A program made the translations under genes and the position numbers. This document shows positions 40,255 to 54,109 of a stretch of 64,000 bases of DNA, piece by piece (within the stretch, counting starts at the first letter, position 1; every line of letters starts with the position of its first letter). The DNA lies in contig JAVEDI010000026.1 of NCBI GenBank assembly GCA_030841035.1, positions 68 through 64,067 of the forward strand, in the 5' to 3' direction. Below the pieces are notes generated by a model. That model made no database searches and was not told where the DNA came from. It saw only the letters and a list, made by a program, of their open reading frames with translations. The stretch comes from Actinomycetota bacterium. GTDB lineage: Bacteria; Actinomycetota; Actinomycetes; JACCUZ01.

Positions 40255-40761
40255 GTGGGACGCCACAGCGCAGAGCCGACAGGGGAGCAGGCCCTCAACC
40301 GACGACCCCTGCTCGTGGCAGCCGCCGCGGCCCTCACCCTGCTCGTCGTCGTCGCGGGAGTCGCGTTCGCGATGAGCCGCGAGGGCCCGGTGACGACCGC
40401 CGCGTCCGCCACGTCCAGCGCCACCTCCGCCCCGCCGGGCGGCACGGCGACGACGTCCGCTCCCGCGACGTCCGCTCCCGCATCGTCCGCTCCCGCATCG
40501 TCCGCGCCCGCGTCGACGACGGCCGCGAGGCGGCCCCCGACCCTGCGCCTGGAGCTGACCGGGACGAGCTACGTGCGGGTGCGGGTCGCGGGGCGGACCC
40601 TGCTCGCCACGGTGCTCACCAAGGGCCAGAGCCGCACGTTCGACCAGAAGTCGCTGACGGTCACGGTCGGCAACGCGGCGGCCGTGCGCGCCACGATCAA
40701 CGGCAAGCTGCTCAGGCCCGGCCGCACCGGGCAGGTGCTGACGTTCACAGCCCGCCGGTAG
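40255..40761 (+). CDS. DUF4115 (RodZ C-terminal-like) domain membrane protein.
   Basis: TM helix, Ser/Thr/Ala/Pro linker, then C-terminal LRLELTGTSYVRVRVAGRTLLATVLTKGQSRTFDQKSLTVTVGNAAAVRATINGKLL, the DUF4115 beta-domain pattern. Confidence 0.65.
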   Translation: MGRHSAEPTGEQALNRRPLLVAAAAALTLLVVVAGVAFAMSREGPVTTAASATSSATSAPPGGTATTSAPATSAPASSAPASSAPASTTAARRPPTLRLELTGTSYVRVRVAGRTLLATVLTKGQSRTFDQKSLTVTVGNAAAVRATINGKLLRPGRTGQVLTFTARR

Positions 40762-40771
40762 CCTGCTCCAG

Positions 40772-41407
40772 GTGACCAGCGCCCTCGGCCCGTCGTGGCT
40801 CGACGCCCAGCACCTCGTCGAGAGCTTCGGCCTCATCGGCCTCGTGGTGATCGTCTTCGCCGAGTGCGGCCTCCTCGTCGGCTTCTTCCTGCCCGGCGAC
40901 ACGCTGCTGTTCTCGGCCGGCGTGCTCGTGCAGCGCGACACGTTCCACCAGCCGCTGTGGCTGATCATCCTGCTGGAGTGCGTCGCGGCGATCCTGGGCA
41001 ACCAGGTCGGCTACGAGATCGGGCGACGGGGCGGGCCCGCCGTCTTCAAGCGGCCCGACTCACGACTGTTCCGACCGGAGTACGTCGAGCGCACCAGCGC
41101 GTTCTTCGAGCGCTACGGTGCCGCCGCCATCGTGCTCGGACGCTTCGTGCCTGTCGTGCGGACGTTCATCACCGTGATGGCAGGCGCGAGCCGGATGAAC
41201 TACCGCACGTACACCGTCTACACGGTGCTGGGGGGTGCGCTCTGGGCTGCCAGCGTGACCCTGCTCGGCTACTTCCTCGGCAACGTCGCGTTCATCGCCG
41301 ACAACATCGAGATCCTCCTGCTGGCCGGGGTAGCGATGTCGGTCGTGCCGATCCTCGCCCAGCTGCTGCGCAAGCGTGGCGGCTCCCGGCTCGACCGGCG
41401 CGACTAG
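40772..41407 (+). CDS. DedA-family membrane protein.
   Basis: GTG start. DedA/SNARE-associated motifs (FLPGDTLLFSAGVL, GRFVPVVRTFITVMAG). Confidence 0.85.
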   Translation: MTSALGPSWLDAQHLVESFGLIGLVVIVFAECGLLVGFFLPGDTLLFSAGVLVQRDTFHQPLWLIILLECVAAILGNQVGYEIGRRGGPAVFKRPDSRLFRPEYVERTSAFFERYGAAAIVLGRFVPVVRTFITVMAGASRMNYRTYTVYTVLGGALWAASVTLLGYFLGNVAFIADNIEILLLAGVAMSVVPILAQLLRKRGGSRLDRRD

Positions 41408-41985
41408 GCCGGTCGGTCGCCCGCGCTGCCGAAGTCGACCGTGGGGGCCGAGCGGAGCGCGGCGTCCTCGACCTCGAAGTACTCCGCCTGCTGGAAGTGG
41501 AACGCGTTCGCGACCACGTTGGACGGGAACGCCTCCACGCGGGTGTTCAGCGCGCGGACGTTGGCGTTGTAGAACCGACGCCCTGCCGCGATGCGGTCTT
41601 CGGTCTCGGTCAGGTTCCGCTGCAGCTGCAGGAAGCTGCTGCTGGCCCTGAGGTCGGGGTAGGCCTCGGCGACGGCGAACAGCCGGCCCAGCGCCTGCCC
41701 GAGTGCACCCTCCTGCTGTGCCTGCTGGGCTGGGCCCGCACCCGGCGACGCGGCCGACGCGCGGGCCCCGGTGACCGCCTCGAAGACCTCACGCTCGTGG
41801 CTCGCGTAGCCCTTCACCGTCTCGACGAGGGCGGGGATCAGGTCGTGCCGCCGGTGCAGCTCGACGTCGACCTGCCGCCACGACTCCGCCACCAGGTTGC
41901 GCTGCGACACGAAGCGGTTGTAGGAGACCGCGACAGCGATCGCCAGGAGGGCGACCACGGCGAGGATGATCCACAGTGCCGTCAT
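41404..41985 (-). CDS. LemA-family protein.
   Basis: ATG MTALWIILAVVALLAIAVAVSYNRFVSQRNLVAESWRQVDVELHRRHDLIPALVETVKGYASHE, canonical LemA. The track ORF has a 287-aa run-on. Confidence 0.85.
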   Translation of the reverse strand: MTALWIILAVVALLAIAVAVSYNRFVSQRNLVAESWRQVDVELHRRHDLIPALVETVKGYASHEREVFEAVTGARASAASPGAGPAQQAQQEGALGQALGRLFAVAEAYPDLRASSSFLQLQRNLTETEDRIAAGRRFYNANVRALNTRVEAFPSNVVANAFHFQQAEYFEVEDAALRSAPTVDFGSAGDRPA

Positions 41986-42059
41986 GGCTGGGGATCGTAG
42001 CCGTGGTCCTTCCTCGCGAACCGCGCAATGCTCGGCACGACGCGGTCGGGCCCGGGCGG

Positions 42060-42623
42060 TCAGCCCAGGCCGAGGTCGCGCATGTCGTAGGCCGCGACGT
42101 AGGGCAGCCCCGTCTCGGCGATCCTGCCGGCCGCGCCACGCTCCACGATGACGGCCACGCCGACCACCTCCGCGCCCGCCTCGCGCAGCGCCTCGACGGC
42201 GGTGAGCACGGAGCCCCCGGTGGTCGAGGTGTCCTCGACCGCGAGCACCCGCCGGCCGGCCACGTCGGGTCCCTCGATGCGTCGCTGCAAGCCGTGCGCC
42301 TTGCCCTGCTTGCGCACCACGAACGCGTCCAGCCGCCGGCCCCGGGCTGCCGCGGCGTGCAGCATCGCCGTCGCCACCGGGTCGGCGCCCAGCGTCAGAC
42401 CGCCGACGGCGTCGTAGTCCAGCTCGCTCGTCGCGTCCAGCATCACCCGCCCGACGAGCGGCGCCGCCTCGGCGTCGAGCGTGATGCGCCGCAGGTCGAC
42501 GTACCAGTCGGCCTCCCGCCCCGAGGACAGCACGACCCGGCCGTGCACCACGGCCTTGTCGGTGATCTGGTCGAGCAGGGCGGCGCGGTCGGCGTCTCGG
42601 GCAGCGAGATCTCCTACGGTCAC
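42060..42623 (-). CDS. pyrE: Orotate phosphoribosyltransferase.
   Basis: PRPP-binding VLAVEDTSTTGGSVL motif. GTG start is approximate. Confidence 0.85.
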   Translation of the reverse strand: MTVGDLAARDADRAALLDQITDKAVVHGRVVLSSGREADWYVDLRRITLDAEAAPLVGRVMLDATSELDYDAVGGLTLGADPVATAMLHAAAARGRRLDAFVVRKQGKAHGLQRRIEGPDVAGRRVLAVEDTSTTGGSVLTAVEALREAGAEVVGVAVIVERGAAGRIAETGLPYVAAYDMRDLGLG

Positions 42624-42644
42624 GGTCCGGCAGCGTAGGGCAGG

Positions 42645-43370
42645 GTGGTGGCGATGGTGACATTCGTCCTCGCGCACAGCCCGCTGGTCGGCCCGCAGTC
42701 CTGGGGGCGGCTGCCCGACGCCCTGCGGGACGCGGGCGAGGGCACGGCCGTCGTGGTGCTCGACGCGGCCGACGAGCGGGCGCCCTACGCGGCGGCGTAC
42801 GTCGCCAGCAGTGCACGCCAGATCGCCGAGGCTGCCCCGCAGCCACCCCTGGTGCTCGTGGGGCACTCGGGAGCGGGCTACCTGCTGCCGCAGCTGGGCA
42901 GCACGCAACGCGCGGCCCACCGCCGCATCGGCGGCTACGTCTTCTTCGACGCGGGCGTGCCGCACGCGCGGGGCGCGACCCGGCTGGGCATGCTGCGCAC
43001 CGAGGACGCCGACTTCGCCGCGGAGCTGGAGGCGCTGCTCGACGCCGGTGGGGTCTTCCCGACCTGGACCGAGCAGGACCTCGCCGACCTGATCCTCGAC
43101 GAGCAGGTCCGCCACGAGCTCATCGCCTCGCTACGGCCGCGCGGGCGCGACTTCTTCCTCGAACCGGTGCCGTTCCCCGGTGACTGGCCGGACGCTCCCT
43201 GCGGCTACGTACAGCTCTCGTCGGCCTACGCCGGTCCGGCGCGCGTCGCGCGGTCCCGCGGCTGGACGGTCGTCGAGTGGCCCGCCGACGCTGCCGGCGG
43301 GCACTTCGCCGCGTGCGCCGACCCCACCGGGGTCGCCGAGCTGCTGCTGAACCTCGCGCGCGACCTGTAG
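42645..43370 (+). CDS. Alpha/beta-hydrolase fold protein.
   Basis: GHSGAG nucleophile motif. 241 aa. Confidence 0.6.
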   Translation: MVAMVTFVLAHSPLVGPQSWGRLPDALRDAGEGTAVVVLDAADERAPYAAAYVASSARQIAEAAPQPPLVLVGHSGAGYLLPQLGSTQRAAHRRIGGYVFFDAGVPHARGATRLGMLRTEDADFAAELEALLDAGGVFPTWTEQDLADLILDEQVRHELIASLRPRGRDFFLEPVPFPGDWPDAPCGYVQLSSAYAGPARVARSRGWTVVEWPADAAGGHFAACADPTGVAELLLNLARDL

Positions 43371-43397
43371 CAGCCGGGCCGGCGCCGCGGCGGCGAG

Positions 43398-44405
43398 TCA
43401 GCGCGTGTGCCAGGCGGCGAGCAGCCGGGCCTCCTTCTCGGGGTCGATGCCGTTGCCGCCGATGCGGCCCTGCGCGTCCTCGCCCTGCTCGCCGTGCTCG
43501 GCCATCCACGCCCAGGTGTCGCGCACGGTGTCCTCGACCGGTCGCGTGTGCAGTCCGGCGGCCTCGGCCGCGGCGGTCTGCGCGTCCCAGACGTGGTCGC
43601 CGTCCTGTCCGCGCGGCATCCACAGCGGCAGCTCCTGCCACACGCCCACGTCGTGCTCGACGAGGAACGCGTCATCGACCCAGGTCAGCTGCGCCGCGGA
43701 CCCGGTCACGGTGGCCGCCGCGGCCAGCCACGCGCCCATCGTGGTGTTGCCGCGCGGACCGGTCGCGTTGAACGTGCCGCTCACCCGCTGCTGTGCAGCG
43801 TTCGTCATGAACAGCGCCAGGTCACGCGCGTCGACCAGCTGCATCGGCTGGTCGGGGTCGCCGGGCGCGAGCACCTCACCGCCGCGGCTCATGCGCCGCA
43901 GCCACCAGATGAGCCGCCCGACGTTCTCCCGAGGCCCGAGGATCAGCCCGGCGCGGACCACGGTGGACCGGTCGCCGAACACCTCGGTGACGGCGCGCTC
44001 GCAGCCTGCCTTCAGCACGCCGTAGTCGCCGTCGTCGGGACCCGCGTCGGCCGGGCACGGGCGCCCCGGCTCACCGTCGAGGGCGGGAGACCCCGGCCAG
44101 CTGGCGACCGCGGAGATGCTCGACACGTAGACGTAGTGGGCGGCCGCGTCGCGCAGGGCCGCGACCGAGCGGCCCACCACGCGCGGCACGAAACCGCACG
44201 TGTCGATCACCGCGTCGAACCGGGCGCCGGAGAGCTGGGCGAGGTCCTCGGGCCGCTCCCGGTCGCCGCGCAGTGCGCGGACGCCGGGTACGTCGGGGCC
44301 GGTGCGGCCGCGGTTGAACGTGGCCACGTCGTGCCCCGCCGCGAGCGCCTGCTCGGCAGCCGCGCGGCCGAGGAACGACGTACCGCCGATGATGAGGATC
44401 TGCAT
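43398..44405 (-). CDS. NAD(P)-dependent epimerase/dehydratase-family (NmrA/SDR-extended) protein.
   Basis: MQILIIGGTSFLGRAAAEQ Rossmann N-terminus. Confidence 0.75.
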   Translation of the reverse strand: MQILIIGGTSFLGRAAAEQALAAGHDVATFNRGRTGPDVPGVRALRGDRERPEDLAQLSGARFDAVIDTCGFVPRVVGRSVAALRDAAAHYVYVSSISAVASWPGSPALDGEPGRPCPADAGPDDGDYGVLKAGCERAVTEVFGDRSTVVRAGLILGPRENVGRLIWWLRRMSRGGEVLAPGDPDQPMQLVDARDLALFMTNAAQQRVSGTFNATGPRGNTTMGAWLAAAATVTGSAAQLTWVDDAFLVEHDVGVWQELPLWMPRGQDGDHVWDAQTAAAEAAGLHTRPVEDTVRDTWAWMAEHGEQGEDAQGRIGGNGIDPEKEARLLAAWHTR

Positions 44406-44474
44406 GAGCCGACCCTCGCGGGCTCGACACACCGGCGCCAGGGCTGTTCGCTACCAGCGTGCTGGCGGGCGGCT

Positions 44475-45206
44475 TCAGCGGCGGCGGGTCACGCGCCAGA
44501 TCAGCAGCAGCAGGACCAGGCCGGCCACGACCGGCGCGGCACGCTTGAGCACCGCCGGCCCGGCGGTGTCGAGCAGGTTGATCGCCTCGTCCCGGGCCGC
44601 GCGCGGGGGCGCCGGCCGGGGCACGGGTGTCGGGCTCGCTGGTGGCGGGCTCGCCTGTGCCGCGGCCGGCGGTGCCACGGCCGGGGGCGCCGGGCTCGCG
44701 GCTGCGTCCGTCGGTGCGTTGCTCTCGCCCGAGGCGGCCGGTCCCTCGGACGCGGCGTCGCCGCCAACGATCTCCCGCGCGAGGCAGTCGGCGAACCGGC
44801 CCAGCAGCTTGTTGCCGACCTCGACCATCACGCCGCGACCGAACTGTGCCGGCTTGCCGGTGATGGCCAGCTCGGTCGTCACGGTGACCTTCGTCGACGC
44901 GCCGCCGTCGTCCAGCAGCTGCGCCCGGATGGTCGCCGACGCGGTGCCGGAACCCCGCGCCTCCTTGCCCTTGGCGTCGATCGTCAGCCGCCGGGCCGCC
45001 TCGTCCTTCTCGACGAACCGGGCGCTGCCGGCGTAGGTCACCTGGATCGGCCCCACCTTGACCTTGACGCGGCCCTGGACGTTCTCACCGTCGAAGGACT
45101 CCACGGTCGCTCCGGGCATGCAGGGCGCGATGCGTTCGACGTCGAGCAGGACGTCCCAGGCCTCGCTCACGGGCACCGGGACGACGAACTCGTGTTCGAG
45201 CTGCAT
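44475..45206 (-). CDS. coxG: CoxG-like SRPBCC protein (carbon monoxide dehydrogenase subunit G family) with a Pro/Ala-rich linker and a C-terminal TM.
   Basis: MQLEHEFVVPVPVSEAWDVLLDVERIAPCMPGA, typical CoxG N-terminus. Confidence 0.8.
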   Translation of the reverse strand: MQLEHEFVVPVPVSEAWDVLLDVERIAPCMPGATVESFDGENVQGRVKVKVGPIQVTYAGSARFVEKDEAARRLTIDAKGKEARGSGTASATIRAQLLDDGGASTKVTVTTELAITGKPAQFGRGVMVEVGNKLLGRFADCLAREIVGGDAASEGPAASGESNAPTDAAASPAPPAVAPPAAAQASPPPASPTPVPRPAPPRAARDEAINLLDTAGPAVLKRAAPVVAGLVLLLLIWRVTRRR

Positions 45207-45288
45207 GCGGTCTCCACTCTCTCGCTCTCGTGATCGCTTGGGGGCCGGGGTGACCTGCCCGGCGAGGGCCGGCACCCGCGCTCGGCGA

Positions 45289-46140
45289 TCAGGCCCGCGC
45301 CGCCGCGGTCACCGCCCGGCCGGTCAGCACCCGGGCCAGGTGCTGGCGGTAGTCGGCGGCCCCGTTCAGGTCGCTCGCGGGGCTCGTCCCGTCGGCCGCG
45401 TGCCCGGCCGCGTCACCGATCGAGCCGAGGTCGGCGCCGGCGAGCGCCTGCTCGGTGGCGCTGGCCCGCAGGGGTGTGGCGCCCATGTTGGTCAGGCCGA
45501 TGCGCGCGCTGGCGATCGACCCGTTCGAACGCTGCACGACCGCGGCGACACCGACGATGGCCCACGACTGGGCGACCCGGTGGAACTTCTCGTAGCGGTA
45601 GCCCCAGCCGGCACCGAGCTTGGGAACCCGCACCTCGACCAGCAGCTCGTCGGGCCCGAGCACCGTCTGCAGGTAGTCGAGGAAGAACTCCGAGGCGGGA
45701 ACGGTACGCCGGCCACCCGGCCCTTCGATGACAAACCCCGCGTCCAGCGCCAGCGCCACCGCGGGCAGGTCGCCCGCCGGGTCGGCGTGCGCGAGCGCAC
45801 CGCCGAAGGTGCCGCGATGACGCACGGCGGGGTCGGCCACCGTCTCGGTCGCCTCGGCGATCAGCCCGCAGTGGGTGCGCACCAGTGGGTCGCGAAGCAC
45901 CTCGTCGTGCGTCGTCATGGCGCCGATGACCAGGTGGTCGCCCTCGTCGCGGACTCCTCGCAGCGCCTCGATGCGGCCGACGTCGACGACGACCTCCGGG
46001 TAGGAGAGGCGCAACCGCAGCAGGGGGATCAGCGACTGGCCACCCGCCATGACCTTCGCGTCGTCACCGCTCGAGGCGAGGGCGGACACCGCCTCCTCGA
46101 CCGAGCCGGGCCGCACGTACTCGAAGCTCGGCGGGATCAT
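45289..46140 (-). CDS. coxM: Xanthine-dehydrogenase-family FAD-binding medium subunit (CoxM-like).
   Basis: FAD-binding PCMH domain (AGGQSLIPLLRLRL, RHRGTFGGALAH). Confidence 0.88.
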   Translation of the reverse strand: MIPPSFEYVRPGSVEEAVSALASSGDDAKVMAGGQSLIPLLRLRLSYPEVVVDVGRIEALRGVRDEGDHLVIGAMTTHDEVLRDPLVRTHCGLIAEATETVADPAVRHRGTFGGALAHADPAGDLPAVALALDAGFVIEGPGGRRTVPASEFFLDYLQTVLGPDELLVEVRVPKLGAGWGYRYEKFHRVAQSWAIVGVAAVVQRSNGSIASARIGLTNMGATPLRASATEQALAGADLGSIGDAAGHAADGTSPASDLNGAADYRQHLARVLTGRAVTAAARA

Positions 46141-48587
46141 GACGCACCGCCGGCGGTGCTGTCGGTCGTCGCGCCCCCGTAGGCCACGGTGCCCTCCGCC
46201 ACGCGTTCACCGCCCCTCGACTTCGCGTCGTTGATGGCTCGCCACACTCGCTCGGGCGTGCAGGCCATCCGGATGTCGTCGACGCCGAACGGGCGCAGCG
46301 CGTCGACCACCGCGTTGACGACCGCGGGGGTCGAGGCGATGGTGCCGGCCTCGCCCACTCCCTTGACACCTAACGGGTTCGTGGTCGACGGCGTCTCGGT
46401 GCGGTCGGTCACGAACGAGGGCAGGTCCGGCGCGGCAGGGACGAGGTAGTCGACCAGGCTGCCCGTGACGAGGTTGCCCTCGGCGTCGTACACGACCTCT
46501 TCGTACAGCGCCTGCGCGATGCCCTGTGCCAGCCCGCCGTGGATCTGACCCTCGACGATCATCGGGTTGACGACCTTGCCGATGTCGTCCACGCAGACGT
46601 ACTTGCGGATCTTGGCCATGCCTGTCTCGGTGTCGATGTCGATCGCGCACAGGTGGGTGCCGTGCGGGTAGGAGAACGTCGCCGGGTCGATGGTCGAATT
46701 GGCCTGCAGCGTCGGCTCGACACCGTCGGGCAGGTTGTGTGCGGTGAAGGCCTCGAACGCGACCTCCTGGATCGTCTTGGACGAGCCGGGACTGCCCTTG
46801 ACGCTGAACGCGCCGTCCTTGTACTCCAGGTCGCCCGGGTCGGCCTCGAGCAGGTGCGCCGCGACGAGCTTGGCCTTCTCGACGACCCGCTCGGCGGCGG
46901 CGACCACGGCCATCCCTCCGACGACGAGCGAGCGGGAGCCGTAGGTGTCCATGCCGTACGGCGACGTGCCCGTGTCGCCGTGGATCACCTGGACCGCGTC
47001 GACGTCGACGCCGAGCGCGTCCGCGGCGATCTGGCTCCATGCCGTGACGTGCCCCTGCCCGTGCGGCGTCGAGCCGGTGACGACCTCGACCGCCCCGGTC
47101 GCCAGCACCCGCACCGTCGCGTGCTCCCAGCCACCGGCGACGTACTTCAGCGAGCCCAACAGCCGCGAGGGCGCCAACCCGCACATCTCGGTGAAGGTCG
47201 AGACGCCGATGCCCAGCTGCACGGGGTCGTTGCGGTCACGGCGCTCCTGCTGCTCGCGGCGCAGCTCGTCGTAGCCCAACAGCTCCAGCGCACGCTCGGT
47301 GGCAGCCTCGTAGTTGCCGGAGTCGTACTCGAGGCCGCTGATGGTCGTGTAGGGGAACTCCTCGTGCTTGATCCAGTTGCGCCGCCGCAGCTCGATCGGG
47401 TCGACGCCCAGCTCCGCCGCGAGGTCGTCCATGATGCGCTCGATCGCGAAGGTTGCCTCGGGGCGCCCAGCGCCGCGATAGGCATCGGTCGGCGTCGTGT
47501 TGGTGAAGACGCCGGTGCAGCTGAAGGAGTAGCCCTCCATCTTGTAGATGGAGTTGAACATGAAGGCGCCGAGGATCGGGACACCCGGCGTGATGATGTG
47601 CAGGTAGGCGCCCATGTTCGCGGTGAGGTCGACGCGCAGGCCGAGGATCTTGCCCTCGTTGGTCACCGCGAGCTCGATCTCCTGGAGCTGGTCACGTCCG
47701 TGGTGGGTGACCTGGGCGTTCTCGCTGCGGGACTCCGTCCACTTCAGCGGCCGGCCGAGCCGGTTCGCGATGACGACGGCGAGGACCTCCTCGCGGTAGA
47801 GCTGCAGCTTGGAGCCGAAACCGCCGCCGACGTCGGGGGCGATGACCCGGATCCGGTTCTCGGGGATGCCGGTGACGAGCGCCAGCAGCAGCCGCAGCAC
47901 GTGCGGGATCTGGGTAGCCGACCACAGGGTGATCTCGCCGCCGGGGCCGGTCGGGTTGGCGACCACGGCGCGTGGTTCCATCGCCATCGGGATCAACCGC
48001 TGGTTGACGTAGTGGCGCGTGAAGACGCGGTCGGCCTTGGCCTTGGCGGCCTCGTAGTCCCCGCCCGCGAACTCCCAGGTGTAGCACTTGTTCGTGCCGC
48101 TCTCGGAGTGCACGAGGGGCGAGTCGTCCTGCAACGCGGCCGGCATCTCCAGGACCGGCGGGAGCGGCTCGTAGTCGACCTCGATGGCCTCGAGCGCGTC
48201 GGCCGCCTCGTAGCGGTTGCCGGCGATGACGACCGCGACCGCGTCGCCGACGTACCGGACCTCGTCGGTCGCCAGGCAGCGGTGCGGGGGCATCACGATG
48301 TCGTCGGTGACGGGCCAGACGCAGGGGATGGAGCCGTTGGCGTCGCCGAGGTCCGCTCCGGAGTAGGCGGCGACGACACCGGGCCGGGCAAGAGCGGGCG
48401 AGACGTCCACGCGAGTGATGCGGGCATGGGCCATCGGGCTGCGCAGCACCGCCATGTGCAGCATGCCGGGCAGCACGATGTTGTCGGTCCAGTTGGTGCG
48501 CCCGGTCACCAGCCGCGCGTCTTCCTTGCGCCGCAGAGGCTGACCGACGGCGTTCTCCCGAGCAGGACGCTCGACGGTCTCGGTCAC
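46137..48587 (-). CDS. coxL: Xanthine-dehydrogenase-family molybdopterin large subunit, form II CoxL-like (AYRGAGR active-site loop).
   Basis: 816 aa. Active-site loop reads [13 protein letters not shown], which is form II rather than the AYxCSFR loop of true CO dehydrogenases. Confidence 0.88.
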   Translation of the reverse strand: MTETVERPARENAVGQPLRRKEDARLVTGRTNWTDNIVLPGMLHMAVLRSPMAHARITRVDVSPALARPGVVAAYSGADLGDANGSIPCVWPVTDDIVMPPHRCLATDEVRYVGDAVAVVIAGNRYEAADALEAIEVDYEPLPPVLEMPAALQDDSPLVHSESGTNKCYTWEFAGGDYEAAKAKADRVFTRHYVNQRLIPMAMEPRAVVANPTGPGGEITLWSATQIPHVLRLLLALVTGIPENRIRVIAPDVGGGFGSKLQLYREEVLAVVIANRLGRPLKWTESRSENAQVTHHGRDQLQEIELAVTNEGKILGLRVDLTANMGAYLHIITPGVPILGAFMFNSIYKMEGYSFSCTGVFTNTTPTDAYRGAGRPEATFAIERIMDDLAAELGVDPIELRRRNWIKHEEFPYTTISGLEYDSGNYEAATERALELLGYDELRREQQERRDRNDPVQLGIGVSTFTEMCGLAPSRLLGSLKYVAGGWEHATVRVLATGAVEVVTGSTPHGQGHVTAWSQIAADALGVDVDAVQVIHGDTGTSPYGMDTYGSRSLVVGGMAVVAAAERVVEKAKLVAAHLLEADPGDLEYKDGAFSVKGSPGSSKTIQEVAFEAFTAHNLPDGVEPTLQANSTIDPATFSYPHGTHLCAIDIDTETGMAKIRKYVCVDDIGKVVNPMIVEGQIHGGLAQGIAQALYEEVVYDAEGNLVTGSLVDYLVPAAPDLPSFVTDRTETPSTTNPLGVKGVGEAGTIASTPAVVNAVVDALRPFGVDDIRMACTPERVWRAINDAKSRGGERVAEGTVAYGGATTDSTAGGAS

Positions 48588-49063
48588 TGGACCCCTCCCA
48601 CGCTGGCGGGCTGGCTGGCCGCGGACTGCACGGCCTTCACGATGTTGTGGTAGCCCGTACAGCGACAGAGGTTACCCTCGAGGCCGGCGCGGATCTCGTC
48701 CTCGGACGGGTCCGGGTTGTTGTTGAGCAGGTCGACCGCCGCCATGATCATGCCGGGCGTGCAGTAGCCGCACTGCAACGCGTGGCACTCCTTGAACGCG
48801 GTCTGCATCGGGTGCCACTCGCCGTCGGCGAGGCCCTCGATCGTCGTGATCTCGCTGCCGTCAGCCTGTACGGCGAGGACGCTGCAGGACTTCACGCTCT
48901 TGCCGTCGAGGTGCACCGTGCACGCCCCGCAGTTGCTCGTGTCACAGCCGACGGGTGTTCCGACCTTGCCCAGGCGTTCGCGCAGGTAGTGAACCAACAA
49001 CAGACGAGGTTCGACCTCGTCTGTCCGTCGCTGCCCGTCGACCGTGACGCTGACCTGCACCAT
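48584..49063 (-). CDS. coxS: [2Fe-2S] small subunit of a xanthine-dehydrogenase-family enzyme (CoxS-like).
   Basis: [14 protein letters not shown]... with both Cys clusters ([11 protein letters not shown] and CGYCTPG...CRCTGY). Confidence 0.9.
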   Translation of the reverse strand: MVQVSVTVDGQRRTDEVEPRLLLVHYLRERLGKVGTPVGCDTSNCGACTVHLDGKSVKSCSVLAVQADGSEITTIEGLADGEWHPMQTAFKECHALQCGYCTPGMIMAAVDLLNNNPDPSEDEIRAGLEGNLCRCTGYHNIVKAVQSAASQPASVGGVQ

Positions 49064-49226
49064 CGCGACTCCTGTGCTCGTGGGCGACCCATGCCAACAG
49101 GGACGCGACGTCGACAAGCGCACGTGTCCCGGGCTTTGTCCGCAGCCAATCACGCGCGGGCGCCCACCGCCAGACCCTGATCTTGGGACTGGCCCGGCGG
49201 AGCGGCCGATCTGCCAGGGTGGGGCC

Positions 49227-50399
49227 ATGGTGCGCGACGTGCCGGCGACCCGGCTGCAGGGCCTGGGCACGACGATCTTCGCCGAGATGTCGGCACTCGC
49301 TCTGGCGACCGGCTCGGTCAACCTGGGCCAGGGCTTCCCCGACACGGACGGGCCCGAGGAGATCGCGGAGGCCGCCGTGCGTGCGATCCGCGACGGCCAC
49401 AACCAGTACCCGCCGGGGCCGGGCATCCCCGACCTGCGGGCCGCGATCGCCGAGCACCAGGAGCGGTTCTACGGCCTGGTGCTCGACCCGGCCAGCGAGG
49501 TGGTGGTGACCACCGGCGCGACCGAGGCGGTGGCAGCCGCGCTGCTCGGACTGATCGACCCCGGAGACGAGGTCATCGCGCTGGAGCCGTTCTACGACTC
49601 CTACACGGCCGGCATCGCGATGGCCGGCGGGCGGCGGGTGCCGGTGACCCTGCGGGCGCCGGACTTCCGGCTGGACGTCGACGAGCTGCGCGCCGCGGTC
49701 ACCTCACGCACACGGCTGCTGCTGCTGAACTCGCCGCACAACCCGACCGGCACCGTGCTCAACCGCAGCGAGCTGCAGTCGATCGCCGAGCTGGCCGTCG
49801 AGCGCGACCTGGTCGTCGTGACCGACGAGGTCTACGAGCACCTGGTCTTCGAGACCGAGCACGTGCCGCTGGCGACCCTGCCTGGGATGGCCGAGCGCAC
49901 GCTGAGCATCAGCTCGGCCGGGAAGACCTTCTCCTTCACCGGGTGGAAGGTGGGCTGGGCGACCGGACCGGCGGGGTTGGTGCGTGCCGTCCTGATGGCC
50001 AAGCAGTTCCTGACGTTCGTCTCCGGGGCGCCGTTGCAGCCCGCGGTCGCGACGGCGCTACGGCTGCCCGACTCCTACTTCGCCGAGCTGCGCACGACGT
50101 TGCAAGGCAAACGTGACCGGCTGGTCGCCGGACTGCGCGAGGTGGGCCTGGACGCGTTCCGCCCGCAGGGCACCTACTTCGTCACAGCCGACGTACGGCC
50201 GCTGGGCTACGACGACGGCGTCACGTTCTGCCGAGACCTGCCGCGCCGGTGCGGCGTGGTGGCGATCCCGCACCAGGTCTTCTACGACGACGTCGAGGCC
50301 GGCCGCCCGCTGGTGCGCTTCGCATTCTGCAAGCGGGACGAGGTGCTCGACGAGGCGCTGCGGCGGCTGGCTTCACTGACGCCGACCGGCGGCCACTGA
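49227..50399 (+). CDS. Class-I PLP-dependent aminotransferase (DapC/YbdL/MalY-like).
   Basis: [28 protein letters not shown]..., PLP-lysine context [18 protein letters not shown]. The 61-aa N-terminal extension of the track ORF is rejected. Confidence 0.85.
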   Translation: MVRDVPATRLQGLGTTIFAEMSALALATGSVNLGQGFPDTDGPEEIAEAAVRAIRDGHNQYPPGPGIPDLRAAIAEHQERFYGLVLDPASEVVVTTGATEAVAAALLGLIDPGDEVIALEPFYDSYTAGIAMAGGRRVPVTLRAPDFRLDVDELRAAVTSRTRLLLLNSPHNPTGTVLNRSELQSIAELAVERDLVVVTDEVYEHLVFETEHVPLATLPGMAERTLSISSAGKTFSFTGWKVGWATGPAGLVRAVLMAKQFLTFVSGAPLQPAVATALRLPDSYFAELRTTLQGKRDRLVAGLREVGLDAFRPQGTYFVTADVRPLGYDDGVTFCRDLPRRCGVVAIPHQVFYDDVEAGRPLVRFAFCKRDEVLDEALRRLASLTPTGGH

Positions 50400-50406
50400 C
50401 GGGGCG

Positions 50407-51180
50407 TCAGCGGCCGCGGCGCCGGCCGCGGACCAGGCGGGAGACCCGGCGCAGGGTCGTCGCCGGCACGTGGCGCGCCAGGCCGACGAGCGCCTTGTAC
50501 TGCACGCCGGGCACACTCACGACCACGCCCCTGCGCAGGTCGCGCAACGCGGCCTCGACCACCCGCGGGGCCTCGAGCCAGAGCCAGGAGGGGGTGGCGC
50601 CCATGTCCTGCCCCGCGCGCTGGTGGAACTCGGTGCGCGTGAAGCCCGGACAGAGCGCGAGGACCCGCACACCGGTGCCGGCCAGCTCACCCGCCAGGCC
50701 CTCGCTGAACGAGGTGACCCACGCCTTGGCGGCGCTGTAGGTGCCCTGCGGCACGAAGCCTGCAACCGACGACACGTTGATGATCCCCCCGTGCCCGCGC
50801 GCGACCATGCCGGGTGCCGACGCCCTCGAGAGCCGCAGCACGGCGAGCACGAGCACGCGCAGCATGCGCTCCTCGGCGTCGACGTCGCCGGTCAGGAACC
50901 GCCTGTTCAGCGTGAAACCGGCGTTGTTGACCAGCAGGTCGACCGGCCGGCTCGAGTCCGCGAGCCGGTCCTCGACGCGGCGCAGGTCGCTGTCGTCGGC
51001 GAGATCGGCCGCGAGCACCTCGACGTCGACGCCGTAGCTCGACCCCAGTGACCGCGCCAGCGCGGCCAGCCGCTGCCCGTCGCGGGCGACCAGCACCAGG
51101 TCGTGCCCGTCACGGGCCAGGCGTCGCGCGAACGCCCGGCCGATGCCGGCCGTGGGACCGGTGATCAACGCTGTGCTCAC
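50407..51180 (-). CDS. Short-chain dehydrogenase/reductase (SDR).
   Basis: [12 protein letters not shown] (TGxxxGIG), NNAG, YSAAK catalytic motif. Confidence 0.85.
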   Translation of the reverse strand: MSTALITGPTAGIGRAFARRLARDGHDLVLVARDGQRLAALARSLGSSYGVDVEVLAADLADDSDLRRVEDRLADSSRPVDLLVNNAGFTLNRRFLTGDVDAEERMLRVLVLAVLRLSRASAPGMVARGHGGIINVSSVAGFVPQGTYSAAKAWVTSFSEGLAGELAGTGVRVLALCPGFTRTEFHQRAGQDMGATPSWLWLEAPRVVEAALRDLRRGVVVSVPGVQYKALVGLARHVPATTLRRVSRLVRGRRRGR

Positions 51181-51455
51181 GGCGCCCAGCCTGTCAGCGG
51201 CCGACCGGCCGCTGCCAGGGGCATCCGCACACCGTGCCGCCGAGGACAACGGCGGCGACGGCGGCGAAGGTTCGGCCTGGGCTGTTCGGGGCCCGTGAGC
51301 CCCGGGACGCGGCCAGACCGGAGGTCCGGTGCGCGGGTGGTCATGGCGCGTCCTCCGCGACCGACCCCTTCACCGAACCAGCAGCATCATCGACGGTGCG
51401 GGGGGCGACTTTAATCCCTCGTTCGGCCGATCTGTGAGGACGGACGGACCATCGG

Positions 51456-54035
<2,580 letters not shown>

Positions 54036-54109
54036 GGGGGTTCCTTCGGGATCCTCTCGCCTGCTCGTGAACAGGGAGGGCGGACGGGTGAGGTCGCGCG
54101 CGGGGCCGG

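Noticed and set aside
54036-54109. Expected second HAIR element upstream of clpB
   Set aside because: No CTTGAGT-N7-ACTCAAG-like inverted repeat could be found in this 75-bp gap.
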